From contig CP064998.1 in the NCBI GenBank assembly GCA_016700035.1, forward strand, positions 135,021-199,020: 64,000 nucleotides of DNA, in the 5' to 3' direction. Below are positions 18,005-27,681 of the stretch, in pieces (within the stretch, counting starts at the first letter, position 1; each line of letters begins with the position of its first letter). Made by a program: the position numbers and the translations under genes. A model generated the notes under the pieces. The model was given only the letters and a program-made list of their open reading frames with translations, was not told the origin of the DNA and did not search any database. The stretch comes from a bacterium. GTDB lineage: Bacteria > Patescibacteriota > Saccharimonadia > CAILAD01 > GCA-016700035.

Positions 18005-19807
18005 ATGAATAGCGAAATCCATGCCATGCGACACAGCTCAGCTCATGTGTTAGCTGCCGCATTATATAAGATATATCCAGGTATTATGTTTGGGGTTGGT
18101 CCAGTTATTGATAACGGTTTCTACTACGATGTATGCACTGAAGAAGCAATATCAGATAAGGAATTGAAGCGTATTACAAAAGAAATGCGCAGTATTATAG
18201 AGCAAGACTTACCAATTGAAAGAGAAGAGTGGACATTACAACAGGCTCTAGAATACTTTAAAAAGCACAACCAGAAATATAAGGTTGAATTATTGCAAGA
18301 TTTACAACAGTATGGTACGACAAGTATAAAAAATATAGATTCCTCAGACCTTGGTATAGATGATACTAATGTAAAAATCACTACAGTGTCGGTATATAGG
18401 ATTGGTGATTTTGTCGATTTGTGTCGAGGCCCTCATATTGCTTCAACTGGTCAGATTAAAGCATTTGAGTTAACCAGATTAGCTGGGGCTTACTGGCGGG
18501 GTGATGAAGCTCGGGATCAGTTACAGCGTATCTATGGAATAGCTTTTGATTCACAAGACGAGTTGGACAGCTATAAGGCAATGTTAGAGTTAGCTAAAGA
18601 GCGAGATCACCGTAAGCTGGGACGTGAACTAGATTTATTTACCTTTTCAGATTTGGTTGGACCAGGACTCCCATTGTGGACACCGCGTGGAACGGTTGTG
18701 CGTAATGAACTAGATCATTTTATACAAGAACTTCGAACTCAGTATGGATTTGAGGAAGTTACAATTCCACATATCACCAAAAAAGAGTTATATGAGCGGA
18801 GTGGTCATTGGAATAAATTTAAAGATGAGCTATTTAAGATTAAGTCACGCGATGGGCATGAGTTTGCGATTAAACCCATGAATTGCCCGCATCATACTCA
18901 AATATTTGATTCAAAACCTCGTAGCTATCGAGAGATGCCGGTTCGCTATCGTGAGACCACTATGGTTTATCGCGATGAGCAGAGCGGAGAATTACATGGT
19001 CTTTCTCGTGTTCGGTCGATTACCCAGGATGATGCACATATCTTCTGTCGCCCTAGTCAGGTTGAGCAGGAAGTATTGAATGTGTGGAGTGTTATCGAGC
19101 GATACTGGAAGACTTTTGGTGTGGATTTACGAGTTCGTCTGTCAACTCATGATCCAAAAAATATGAAGGCCTATTTGGGAGACGAAAAGCAGTGGAGGTT
19201 TGCCGTTGATCAGCTCAAGGCGGTTATTGTGGGGCAGGGAGTAGAATATGTTTTGGGTGAAGGCGAGGCTGCATTTTATGGCCCTAAGATTGACTTTATT
19301 GGCTCGGATGCTTTGGGTCGAGAATTCCAAGCCTCAACTATTCAGCTAGATTTTAATATGCCAGAACGGTTTGATTTGGCTAGTATTGATGAAGGTGGGA
19401 ATAGAGAGACTGTCGTAATGATTCATTGTGCTATAGCGGGTTCATTAGAGCGAAGTATTGTATTGTTGCTAGAGCATTTTGGTGGTAGTTTTCCAACCTG
19501 GCTGGCACCACAGCAAGTTGCGGTACTGCCAATATCAGAAAAGTTTGTAGGCTATGCTGATGATATTACAACAAAACTACAAGGTAGAGGAGTGCGAGCT
19601 GAGTTAAGTGCCGAAAATGAATCACTAGGTAAGCGTATTCGCTTAGCAGAGATTAAGAAAGTCCCGTATATAATTATAGCTGGTGAGCGTGAAGTTGAAG
19701 ATAATACAGTAGCGGTACGAAAATTTGGTGAAGGTGATATTGGGGTTATTCAATTTGAAGAATTTATAGAAAATGTCACAAGTGAGATTGAACAACGCAA
19801 ACTCTAG
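18005..19807 (+). CDS. thrS: threonyl-tRNA synthetase (lacks N-terminal TGS domain; starts at the N2 editing domain)
   Basis: class II aaRS motifs, RHSSAHVLAAAL editing-domain start, C-terminal anticodon-binding domain; RBS GGAGAG 7 nt upstream of ATG 18005. The track ORF 17972 start is probably inside the leader. Confidence 0.9.
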   Translation: MNSEIHAMRHSSAHVLAAALYKIYPGIMFGVGPVIDNGFYYDVCTEEAISDKELKRITKEMRSIIEQDLPIEREEWTLQQALEYFKKHNQKYKVELLQDLQQYGTTSIKNIDSSDLGIDDTNVKITTVSVYRIGDFVDLCRGPHIASTGQIKAFELTRLAGAYWRGDEARDQLQRIYGIAFDSQDELDSYKAMLELAKERDHRKLGRELDLFTFSDLVGPGLPLWTPRGTVVRNELDHFIQELRTQYGFEEVTIPHITKKELYERSGHWNKFKDELFKIKSRDGHEFAIKPMNCPHHTQIFDSKPRSYREMPVRYRETTMVYRDEQSGELHGLSRVRSITQDDAHIFCRPSQVEQEVLNVWSVIERYWKTFGVDLRVRLSTHDPKNMKAYLGDEKQWRFAVDQLKAVIVGQGVEYVLGEGEAAFYGPKIDFIGSDALGREFQASTIQLDFNMPERFDLASIDEGGNRETVVMIHCAIAGSLERSIVLLLEHFGGSFPTWLAPQQVAVLPISEKFVGYADDITTKLQGRGVRAELSAENESLGKRIRLAEIKKVPYIIIAGEREVEDNTVAVRKFGEGDIGVIQFEEFIENVTSEIEQRKL

Positions 19808-20669
19808 CGAAAATAAGTTAGTTGCTTTTGTTGGTCCGACGGCTTCTGGTAAAACGCAGGCAGCACTAGATTTAGCTAAGATAATACCTTCGGAGATTAT
19901 ATGTGCTGATTCGCGTACGGTTTATAAAGAGCTTGATATAGGTACAGCAAAGCCTACGGCAGAAGACCAGTCTCGAATTCCTCATTATGGGCTAGATTTA
20001 GTTTCACCAGGTGAAAAATATTCGGTTGCTGATTTTGTGATATGCGCAGAGGGTGCCTTACGCGATATTTGGGCACGAAATAAAACGGCAATTCTGGTCG
20101 GTGGAAGTGGCTTATATATAGATGCAATTTTGTTTGGTTATAAATTTCGTAATCAGGCTCGAGACATAAAAGACTGGGAAAAATATAGTAATGACGAACT
20201 TATGCAGTTAGCTAAAAAGCTTTATCCGGGCGCCATAAACACAATTGATGTAAAAAATACTAGGAGATTACAGCAACTTATACTTAGAGGCCCTACAAAT
20301 ACCTCAGATCGTGAGTCATTAAAATATGAAGTAAAGATTATTGGAATTGACCCAGGTTTAGAAAATCTACAGATAAGAATTGAAAAGCGGACGGACAATA
20401 TGTTGGGCCAAGGATTTGTTCAAGAATGTGATAACCTTATAAAAAAGTATGGTAAGGACTGTCCGACACTACAAACAACTGGTTACTCGGCAGTGGCTGA
20501 ATATCTAACTGGTAAGCAAGACTTAGATACGATGCGGAGGCAAATTATTACTGATACAAAAAGATTAGCCAAGAAGCAGCGTACTTGGTTTAGGCGTAAT
20601 TCATTGATAACTTGGGTGCGAGACGAGAATACGGCAATCGATATGGCAGTCTCCTACTTATCGAAATAA
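19773..20669 (+). CDS. miaA: tRNA dimethylallyltransferase
   Basis: P-loop VAFVGPTASGKT, IICADSRTVYKELDIGTAKPT. Confidence 0.85.
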   Translation: MSQVRLNNANSSENKLVAFVGPTASGKTQAALDLAKIIPSEIICADSRTVYKELDIGTAKPTAEDQSRIPHYGLDLVSPGEKYSVADFVICAEGALRDIWARNKTAILVGGSGLYIDAILFGYKFRNQARDIKDWEKYSNDELMQLAKKLYPGAINTIDVKNTRRLQQLILRGPTNTSDRESLKYEVKIIGIDPGLENLQIRIEKRTDNMLGQGFVQECDNLIKKYGKDCPTLQTTGYSAVAEYLTGKQDLDTMRRQIITDTKRLAKKQRTWFRRNSLITWVRDENTAIDMAVSYLSK

Positions 20670-20686
20670 CAGGGTACAATAATAGT

Positions 20687-22042
20687 ATGAAGCGTTTACG
20701 TAACACAATTGGGGTTGGAGCAGGTAAGGCTACCGGCTGGACGATGAGAGCTCTGGGTAGGTCAAGCACTGCCTTGCCGGGATATGTTGCAGAACGGATT
20801 GGTCGGAATCCGCTACAGCACTATTTGCGTAACCGTCACTATGCTAAGACAATCTTAATAACGGGTACGAACGGTAAGACAACTACAACTATGCTGATAG
20901 CTGAAGTAATGAAGCTAGCCGGGTTGAGGGTTGTTAACAATAGATCTGGGTCAAACTTAACTCGAGGAGTATTAACGGCCCTACTTGCAGATACTAGAAG
21001 GGGCGACGATACAGTACTTTTACTGGAGGTAGATGAGGCTAGCATGTCGGCTGTTTGTCAGGCAACTAATCCAGATATAATTGTGGTTTCAAATATTTTT
21101 CGTGATCAGTTGGATCGATATGGTGAAGTTGATACTACGCGGAGACTTTTGCGCCAGGCAATTGAGTTGGCGCCAAATGCTGAGTTGGTACTGTGTGCTG
21201 ATGATCCACATGTTGCTAGTCTAGCCTTGGATCTGAAGAGAAAAGTCCATTATTTTGGTATGAATACTAATGGTATTAAAGCTTTAGAACATGATCACGC
21301 TAGTGATATACCACTTAGCCCTATTACTGGTGTGCCACTGAAATATAGTCGGCGATATTTTGGTCACGTTGGAGTATATAGGGCAACGGATGGAAGCTTC
21401 TCACGACCTACACCAGATGTATCGGTTGAAGATATTGGCCTGCATGATTCAGTGCAGGTGGTTACTTTTAAGCTTAAAAATCAATCCAGTAAGATGGTTG
21501 TGAAGAGCCCGTTATTAGGGGTATATAATGGCTATAATCTGGCCTCTGCAATTACGGTGGCACTTGCTTGCAATCTAGGTAATGATGTAATAATTTCTGC
21601 ATTGCAGAATAATAGCAGGGCTTTTGGTAGGCAGGAATCAATCACATATCAGGGGCGACAATGCACATTTTTACTAGTTAAAAATCCTACCGGCTTTAAT
21701 CAGGTGATTCAATCATTCTTTACTAAGCCCACGAACTCACCAATATTAATTGTAATTAATGACAATTTTGCTGATGGTCGGGATGTATCCTGGCTGTGGG
21801 ATGTGTCCATTGAGGACATTTCAACGGATGGCCCAATTATTGTTTCTGGTTTGCGCGCATACGACATGGCATTGCGGCTAAAATATGCCGATAAGAATTG
21901 TCGAGTTATTGAAGATCCGATGCAAGCCATCTCGGAGCTGGTGCAAGTTGGAGGGGATGAAACGATATATATTTTGCCGACCTATACAGCTCTACTAGAT
22001 ATACGTAAGCAGTTATCGCTTAAACTGGAGCACAGTTCATGA
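20687..22042 (+). CDS. murT: Mur-ligase-family protein, lipid II isoglutaminyl synthase MurT-like
   Basis: Mur ligase P-loop ILITGTNGKTTTT; N-terminus aligns with the MurT start; immediately followed by a GatD-like amidotransferase gene (ATGA overlap). Confidence 0.65.
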   Translation: MKRLRNTIGVGAGKATGWTMRALGRSSTALPGYVAERIGRNPLQHYLRNRHYAKTILITGTNGKTTTTMLIAEVMKLAGLRVVNNRSGSNLTRGVLTALLADTRRGDDTVLLLEVDEASMSAVCQATNPDIIVVSNIFRDQLDRYGEVDTTRRLLRQAIELAPNAELVLCADDPHVASLALDLKRKVHYFGMNTNGIKALEHDHASDIPLSPITGVPLKYSRRYFGHVGVYRATDGSFSRPTPDVSVEDIGLHDSVQVVTFKLKNQSSKMVVKSPLLGVYNGYNLASAITVALACNLGNDVIISALQNNSRAFGRQESITYQGRQCTFLLVKNPTGFNQVIQSFFTKPTNSPILIVINDNFADGRDVSWLWDVSIEDISTDGPIIVSGLRAYDMALRLKYADKNCRVIEDPMQAISELVQVGGDETIYILPTYTALLDIRKQLSLKLEHSS

Positions 22043-22749
22043 CGGCAAAGAGAGTCTCAATTTTATATCTATATCCATACGAGATGAATACTTATGGTGA
22101 CTGGGGCAATGTGTGTGTCTTGCAGAAGCGTTTAGAATGGCGCGGATGTCAGGTAGACGTTATCAAGCACCATCCAGGCTCCAGGTTATCAAGGCGTCCT
22201 GATATTATATTTTTTGGAGGCGGTCAGGATAGTGGACAGAGTCTTATTCTGGATGATTTACATAAGCAGGCGCCAAGATTGCGCGAGTGGATAGAGGATG
22301 GAGTGGCTACACTGGCAATATGTGGTGGTTATCAACTGCTTGGACGAGAGTTTATTACGGCAACTGGAGAGAATTTGGAAGGTGTTGGGGTGTTTAATAT
22401 TACAACTCAAGCTCAACCTGGTCGGTTAATTGGTAATGTCGTACTGACGAGTGATAGATTTGGGTCTATTGTTGGTTTTGAGAATCATTCCGGTAGAACC
22501 TTTTTAGATGGCGATACGGAGCCATTTGGGGTGGTAGATAAGGGTAGTGGTAATAATGGTGAAGATAAAAAAGAGGGGATTATTACTAACTCTGCGATTG
22601 GTACATATCTACATGGCCCACTACTGCCGAAAAACCCTCAAGTAGCGGACTGGTTGATTGCTCATGCCCTAGGCGTTTCGCATAAAGAATTAGTTCAATT
22701 GCCGGATCAGTTTGTTATACAGGCTAGGTTAGTTGCTACTAGACGATAG
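22039..22749 (+). CDS. gatD: CobB/CobQ-type glutamine amidotransferase, GatD-like partner of MurT
   Basis: GATase1 nucleophile elbow AICGGYQLLG; size about 236 aa; gene order murT-gatD. Confidence 0.65.
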   Translation: MTAKRVSILYLYPYEMNTYGDWGNVCVLQKRLEWRGCQVDVIKHHPGSRLSRRPDIIFFGGGQDSGQSLILDDLHKQAPRLREWIEDGVATLAICGGYQLLGREFITATGENLEGVGVFNITTQAQPGRLIGNVVLTSDRFGSIVGFENHSGRTFLDGDTEPFGVVDKGSGNNGEDKKEGIITNSAIGTYLHGPLLPKNPQVADWLIAHALGVSHKELVQLPDQFVIQARLVATRR

Positions 22750-22799
22750 CAAATGTACTCATTTGAGAACTAAACCAGTTCAATCTAATTAAAGTAGAA

Positions 22800-22823
22800 A
22801 GTTCTCGATATATATTGAGAACT
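22800..22823. promoter_or_regulatory. perfect 7-bp inverted repeat AGTTCTC-N10-GAGAACT (plus a further GAGAAC..GTTC copy at 22765..22780): candidate operator
   Basis: seen directly; lies 55 nt upstream of the gene for an HTH-domain protein. Confidence 0.35.
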
Positions 22824-22878
22824 TGAACCTATTTCGTGTACACTAATGAGTAAGAAAAATATATAAGGAAATTGGCCT

Positions 22879-23589
22879 ATGCAAATCGAATCGCTTTTTG
22901 GTTCAAAGACCCGGGTAAAATTATTGAGCCTTTTTTATAACAATCCCGAACGGCCTTTTTATGTCCGAGAGATTACTCGTAAAATAAATGAGCAAATTAA
23001 CTCTGTTAGGCGCGAGCTGCAGAATCTGTTAAATATTGGTATCGTAAAGTCGGTCAACCAGTCTAATAGATTATATTATGAGATTGATCCATCCTTTAAG
23101 TTTCATTCTGAGCTGATGTCAATTTTTCAGAGGATTCCCGCTAAATCAAAAGAGATTCGGGAGACTAAAGAAGAAGATCAGATTTTAAAGAAGATCCAAA
23201 AAGCTGGCAATGTAAAAGTTTTATTCCTGTCGGGAGCATTTGTGCGCGGTAGCCTGCAGAATGTTGATATCTTTATAGTTGGCGATATGAATAAGGCCAA
23301 GCTGGCCCAGGTGATTGGCGATATGGAATCAGCCATGAATCGAGAGTTGAACTATACTGCCTTCCGATTGGAGGACTTTGATTATCGCCGTAACCTCAAT
23401 GATAGATTTTTACTAGATATGTTGGATGCCCGTAAGATTGTTTTGCGAGATGACCTGAAGCTTTTTGGCGATACTCAGAAGCAACCAGCCGGTGAAGAGG
23501 GCACGTCCGCCTCAGTTCAGGTGAATGTATCGGCCCCGCATCCAGAGATCACTACTGAAGAGGCTATCCGTATGGCAGAAATGAGCTAG
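22879..23589 (+). CDS. hypothetical protein with N-terminal winged-helix HTH and nucleotidyltransferase-like central segment
   Basis: N-terminal HTH-like segment; GS...DIFIVGD resembles the minimal NTase motif. Confidence 0.45.
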   Translation: MQIESLFGSKTRVKLLSLFYNNPERPFYVREITRKINEQINSVRRELQNLLNIGIVKSVNQSNRLYYEIDPSFKFHSELMSIFQRIPAKSKEIRETKEEDQILKKIQKAGNVKVLFLSGAFVRGSLQNVDIFIVGDMNKAKLAQVIGDMESAMNRELNYTAFRLEDFDYRRNLNDRFLLDMLDARKIVLRDDLKLFGDTQKQPAGEEGTSASVQVNVSAPHPEITTEEAIRMAEMS

Positions 23590-23591
23590 GT

Positions 23592-24659
23592 ATGGCAAAT
23601 GGCCGACCATCAACTGTAACCATTCAGGTATCCTGGAAGACTATTCTGGCTATTCTCGGGTTAATTCTTGGTATTTGGGTGGTATATATGGTTGGTGATT
23701 TCTTAATCTTACTATTTGCCAGTATTGTTGTGGCAGCTGCCCTGGCTCCCTATGTGCGAAAACTAGAGAGGAAAGGATTGCCACGTTGGGCTGCAACAAC
23801 GGCAATTTATTTAACTATTTTTTTAGTACTTGGGTTAATTCTGGTTCTAGTGGTGCCAACAATTACCAAGCAAGTTGCCGACTTAGTTCGTGATTGGCCA
23901 AATATTAATAGCTCACTACAGGCAACTATCAGCCAGAATGAAACATTACGCGGATTATATAGCTCGTTAACACAGGGGCCGGCGAATGGTAGTGGCTCAC
24001 TTGTCTCTCAAGTGGTGAATATTACATCTGTATTTGTAAATGGGGTAGCTACGACGGTCTTATTTTTTGTACTAACCTTCTATATTTTAATGAATGGACG
24101 TAAGATAGCTCACTTTATGATTGGATTAGTGCCAGCTGGGAGGGATCGTGAACGGTACGGTAGGCTCGTAACAAAGATGTCGGAGCGTATGGGATTTTGG
24201 TTTAGGGGGCAGTTTATTATTTCTACTATGACTTTTCTGGTGGTTTGGGCAGTGCTTTCTCTTCTGCATGTAGAGTATGCTCTAACCCTGGCGTTGATTG
24301 CTGGTGTGGCAGAGTTTATTCCGTTGGTTGGGTCATGGGTTGGTGGAGCACCGGCCGTGATAGTAGCCTTTGGGCAGTCGCCGGTATTAGCGCTATTTGT
24401 CATTATATTCTTCTTTGCTTGGCAGTCATTTCAAGGCTACATCATTAGCCCTCAGGTGATGCGCCGAGCCATTGGGGTGCCTTCAATCTTTATACTTATA
24501 TCAGTATTGATTCTGGCAAAGCTAATTGGGTTTGTGGGGGTGTTTTTAGCAGCTCCGATTGCCGCCGCTGTTGCCGTATTGGTGGAGGAGTATGCTGATG
24601 GAGTGCATAGTCAGCTCAAGAAGGGCTTTGCTGCGCGGACTGGGCAACGGAGGGGCTAA
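23592..24659 (+). CDS. AI-2E family (PerM/YhhT, UPF0118) transporter
   Basis: 8 TM topology and typical N-terminus ...ILAILGLILGIWVVYMVGDFLILLFASIVVAAAL. Confidence 0.75.
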   Translation: MANGRPSTVTIQVSWKTILAILGLILGIWVVYMVGDFLILLFASIVVAAALAPYVRKLERKGLPRWAATTAIYLTIFLVLGLILVLVVPTITKQVADLVRDWPNINSSLQATISQNETLRGLYSSLTQGPANGSGSLVSQVVNITSVFVNGVATTVLFFVLTFYILMNGRKIAHFMIGLVPAGRDRERYGRLVTKMSERMGFWFRGQFIISTMTFLVVWAVLSLLHVEYALTLALIAGVAEFIPLVGSWVGGAPAVIVAFGQSPVLALFVIIFFFAWQSFQGYIISPQVMRRAIGVPSIFILISVLILAKLIGFVGVFLAAPIAAAVAVLVEEYADGVHSQLKKGFAARTGQRRG

Positions 24660-24677
24660 TCTGGTATACTGGTAGAA

Positions 24678-25217
24678 ATGGATATTTCACTCGGAAAAGA
24701 TAATGCATTGCACTTGCAGGGTCGGGGCGTGTCGATGGCTATTGGTCCATCGTTATTGACTAAGGCAGATGTATTTTTTACTACAAATGGTATTGAGCCA
24801 AAGATCGAGGTAGATAAATACTTCCAAGGTGCAGGTGAATATGAGGTTCAGGGTGTGATGGTTGATGGTGTTGCAACTGGAAAGGGGGTAACTTCTTATC
24901 ATGTTATAGCCGAGAGTATTAGTTTGGCAGCGGTAACCTTAAATAAGGCCGAGGATTTAACTGATGATATGCTTGAGAGCCTGCAGCCGTCTAAGGTGCT
25001 TGTCTTGTGGCTAGCAGAAGGTTCTGTCCAGGATGTTGCGCAGTTAATGTCGCGCTTTGATGTTGGTCGGCTAATTCCAGCTAAAATACCTTGCGATATT
25101 GATAGTTTAGAAAAAGAGCTCCAACTTAAGGCTGAAACAGTATCGAGATTAAAGCTCACGCCAAAGGATAATATAGAGGAAATACGCTTACTTACGGTAT
25201 TGGACGAAGTGCAGTAG
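24678..25217 (+). CDS. hypothetical protein
   Basis: ORF with good coding character; no family recognised. Confidence 0.45.
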   Translation: MDISLGKDNALHLQGRGVSMAIGPSLLTKADVFFTTNGIEPKIEVDKYFQGAGEYEVQGVMVDGVATGKGVTSYHVIAESISLAAVTLNKAEDLTDDMLESLQPSKVLVLWLAEGSVQDVAQLMSRFDVGRLIPAKIPCDIDSLEKELQLKAETVSRLKLTPKDNIEEIRLLTVLDEVQ

Positions 25218-25241
25218 ATATTGCAAATTGCAAGCGATATT

Positions 25242-25268
25242 AAAAACCACCCTAACGAGTGGTTTTTA
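25242..25268. terminator. bidirectional intrinsic terminator (aaaaACCACcctaacgaGTGGTtttta)
   Basis: stem-loop with flanking A/T runs between convergent genes. Confidence 0.6.
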
Positions 25269-25303
25269 ATATCTTAAGTGTTTAATCCAAGTAGCAAACT
25301 AGG

Positions 25304-25507
25304 TTAGTTTACCTCGGTATTTTTAGCGTATTTTTTGAGAGTACGAATTGTTGAGGCAGCAAGCTTAACTCGGACCTTCTCACCATTTATGATGAGGGTT
25401 TTCTTCTGGAGGTTTGGTTTCCAGACCTTTGGCGTTGCGCGCATAGAGTGGCTGACATTATGGCCAAACTGCTTACCTTTACCTGTGATGTCGCATTTAT
25501 AAGACAT
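25304..25507 (-). CDS. rpmB: 50S ribosomal protein L28
   Basis: MSYKCDITGKGKQFGHNVSHSMRATPKVWKPNLQKK is the L28 signature. Confidence 0.85.
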   Translation of the reverse strand: MSYKCDITGKGKQFGHNVSHSMRATPKVWKPNLQKKTLIINGEKVRVKLAASTIRTLKKYAKNTEVN

Positions 25508-25549
25508 AGTGAATTCCTAACCCAAGAATAATAACAGATATAGACTTAC

Positions 25550-26212
25550 TTGACAAGACCTGCGCTGGCCATAAACTGGTATACTAAGTTTATGAGTTTG
25601 TTAGAGATTGTTAATCTTATTTTTATTTATGTGGTGGCTATCACTATTCATGAGTATAGCCATGCGTTTGCAGCCCATCAGCTCGGTGACCCAACCGCTA
25701 AGGAAGAGGGACGTTTAACATTAAACCCGATGGCTCATATTGATCCGCTAACCACGCTAGCGCTACCGGTGCTGTTAATTTTAGCGGGTAGCCCGGTGAT
25801 TTTTGGGGCAGCTCGGCCAGTTCCTTTTACGCCCTATATGGTTCGCGGTGGGAAGAAGGGGGCAGCTCTGATTGCTCTAGCCGGCCCAGCAAGTAATCTG
25901 GTATTGGCTGCTATTATCGCCCTGGTAATTCGTTTAGTTCCAAGCTTGGCCTTAGCTGGTAGCGGACTGCTGATATCGATGATGACGGTGAATATTGCAC
26001 TAGCTTTATTTAACCTGTTACCAATTCCACCACTTGATGGCTCTCGTATATTGTATGCTTTTGTGCCATCTAATATGCAGGATGTGATGGAGCGTTTTGA
26101 GCGTACGGGACCAATCATTATACTGGTACTATTCTTAGTGGGCTATCCTTTTATTGCGCCGTATCTAGGTACTGCAACTCAAGTCATTACACGCTTTTTA
26201 CTTGGTATGTAG
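25550..26212 (+). CDS. site-2 protease family zinc metalloprotease (peptidase M50-like)
   Basis: HEYSHAFAAHQLGD (HExxH in a TM helix) and NLLPIPPLDGSRIL (LDG motif). Confidence 0.7.
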   Translation: MTRPALAINWYTKFMSLLEIVNLIFIYVVAITIHEYSHAFAAHQLGDPTAKEEGRLTLNPMAHIDPLTTLALPVLLILAGSPVIFGAARPVPFTPYMVRGGKKGAALIALAGPASNLVLAAIIALVIRLVPSLALAGSGLLISMMTVNIALALFNLLPIPPLDGSRILYAFVPSNMQDVMERFERTGPIIILVLFLVGYPFIAPYLGTATQVITRFLLGM

Positions 26213-26407
26213 AGCTCTGCTATACTTGTAGATGACCCTCGGGCGCTCGATATGGGCTAATATCTTTTCTGCTTAAAGAATAAAATGGGAGACCTAGATT
26301 GTGTTCAGTATGACCTCTTTATGAAGTGTGCTGGATGACTGCGGACACCCACCTGGATTTTGTGCCAGGGAAGATATTTTGCTAATCGGCGTCAAAGGGG
26401 ATTTTAT

Positions 26408-26965
26408 TTAGAGCTTAAATCGGCGTTTCCAGGTGGCAGCTTGAGATATAGAATCGGCTCGCAGGATATCAATATGGCCTTCAATGCCTAGATGAGTGGC
26501 AATTTTATTGATCTGTAGGCTAACATCGTAGGGGAAAATCCAGAGTGCGGAGCTAAAACGTAGGAAGCCGATTCGTTTTAGTTCGATAAGAAATTGGTTA
26601 CGCTGAATTTTGTGTGATTCGGGTATTTGGTAAGTGACAAAAAGCCAGCGTTTATTCCAGCTTTTAGGTGAATGTAAGGTGGTTGATTCAGATTTACGAA
26701 GCTCGCCGCGTTTGAGCTGAGCGGTACCACGGGCTGTAATTTTATAGAGTTTTTCGGTGTCGATACGGCCTTGAGTAATTGATCCCTGGCGCGAGAGGAT
26801 TGCTAGGGTGTCTTTGATGCGAGCACGTGGAGAGCGACCAGTGTTCCAACTAAAAAGCTCCAAGAGGGCTTTATCTCCGAGAAGGAAATCTTCAGTTGCC
26901 ACACCTTTTTGAGCAATTTTTTTGAGCAATTCTTGTGATTTAAAAACTTTCTTCATACTTTTCAT
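26408..26965 (-). CDS. hypothetical protein, possibly DNA-binding (winged-helix-like N-terminal half)
   Basis: ORF only; weak pattern resemblance, no confident family. Confidence 0.35.
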   Translation of the reverse strand: MKSMKKVFKSQELLKKIAQKGVATEDFLLGDKALLELFSWNTGRSPRARIKDTLAILSRQGSITQGRIDTEKLYKITARGTAQLKRGELRKSESTTLHSPKSWNKRWLFVTYQIPESHKIQRNQFLIELKRIGFLRFSSALWIFPYDVSLQINKIATHLGIEGHIDILRADSISQAATWKRRFKL

Positions 26966-27031
26966 GCTTAAGCATGATTATCGTGTATAAACTACTACTA
27001 AGTCAACTAGATTTGATACAATTATAGGAGG

Positions 27032-27108
27032 CGGGGTGTGGCGCAGTTGGCTAGCGCGTACGGCTGGGGGCCGTGAGGTCGCAGGTTCAAGTCCTGTCAC
27101 CCCGACCA
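27032..27108 (+). tRNA. tRNA-Pro (anticodon GGG)
   Basis: acceptor CGGGGTG/CACCCCG, anticodon arm TACGG-CTGGGGG-CCGTG (G37), T-arm GCAGG-TTCAAGT-CCTGT, CCA encoded. Confidence 0.8.
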
Positions 27109-27267
27109 GATTAAGGGATATATTAGATATGAGTATTGAATCTGCATTCTCGCAAAAACCCGCATACCAGCATGGTAAGACGGAATTACAGGAGCAACTT
27201 CTATCTCCAGAACTACAGAGGCCAGAGCATTTATAGTTATCACTGAGATTCCTGTACAATTAAAGTC

Positions 27268-27681
27268 ATGATAAAAAGTATTTTTACAAAAATTCGTGAG
27301 GGTGAGGTGTCAGGTGGTGAGATTATTTACCAGGATGAATTGGTGTTTGTGTTAATGACTATTGCGCCACACAACCCGGGGCACTGCTTAGTTATCCCAG
27401 TTGAAGAGATTACAAATTTTGAAGATGTTCCCGAGGAGACATATTTGCATATGATGCGGATCGCTCGGGCGCTGGCTCGTTTGGAGCGCAAGCTGTATGG
27501 TAGTCCAAAGGTCGCGATGATTGCAGCCGGCATGGAGGTGGAGCACACGCATATTCATATATTCCCCCTATACTCAGAAGCTGATATCGCATTTACGAGT
27601 GCTAAGCACCCAGATTTTTCAGAGGTACGAGTAGAGGCGCAAAAACTACGGCGGGCAATTAAGGAGAGTCCACTTATATGA
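27268..27681 (+). CDS. HIT-family (histidine triad) hydrolase
   Basis: HTHIHIFP histidine triad; HNPGHCLVIP. Confidence 0.8.
   Translation: MIKSIFTKIREGEVSGGEIIYQDELVFVLMTIAPHNPGHCLVIPVEEITNFEDVPEETYLHMMRIARALARLERKLYGSPKVAMIAAGMEVEHTHIHIFPLYSEADIAFTSAKHPDFSEVRVEAQKLRRAIKESPLI

Noticed and set aside
26408-26965. Cas2/VapD-like fold suggested by the WLFVTYQIPE...RNQFLIELKRIGFLR segment
   Set aside because: Pattern resemblance only, no cas context and no catalytic residues identifiable; left as a hypothetical protein.
27036-27236. 66-aa + strand ORF
   Set aside because: Starts inside tRNA-Pro; Arg/Gly-rich artefact.
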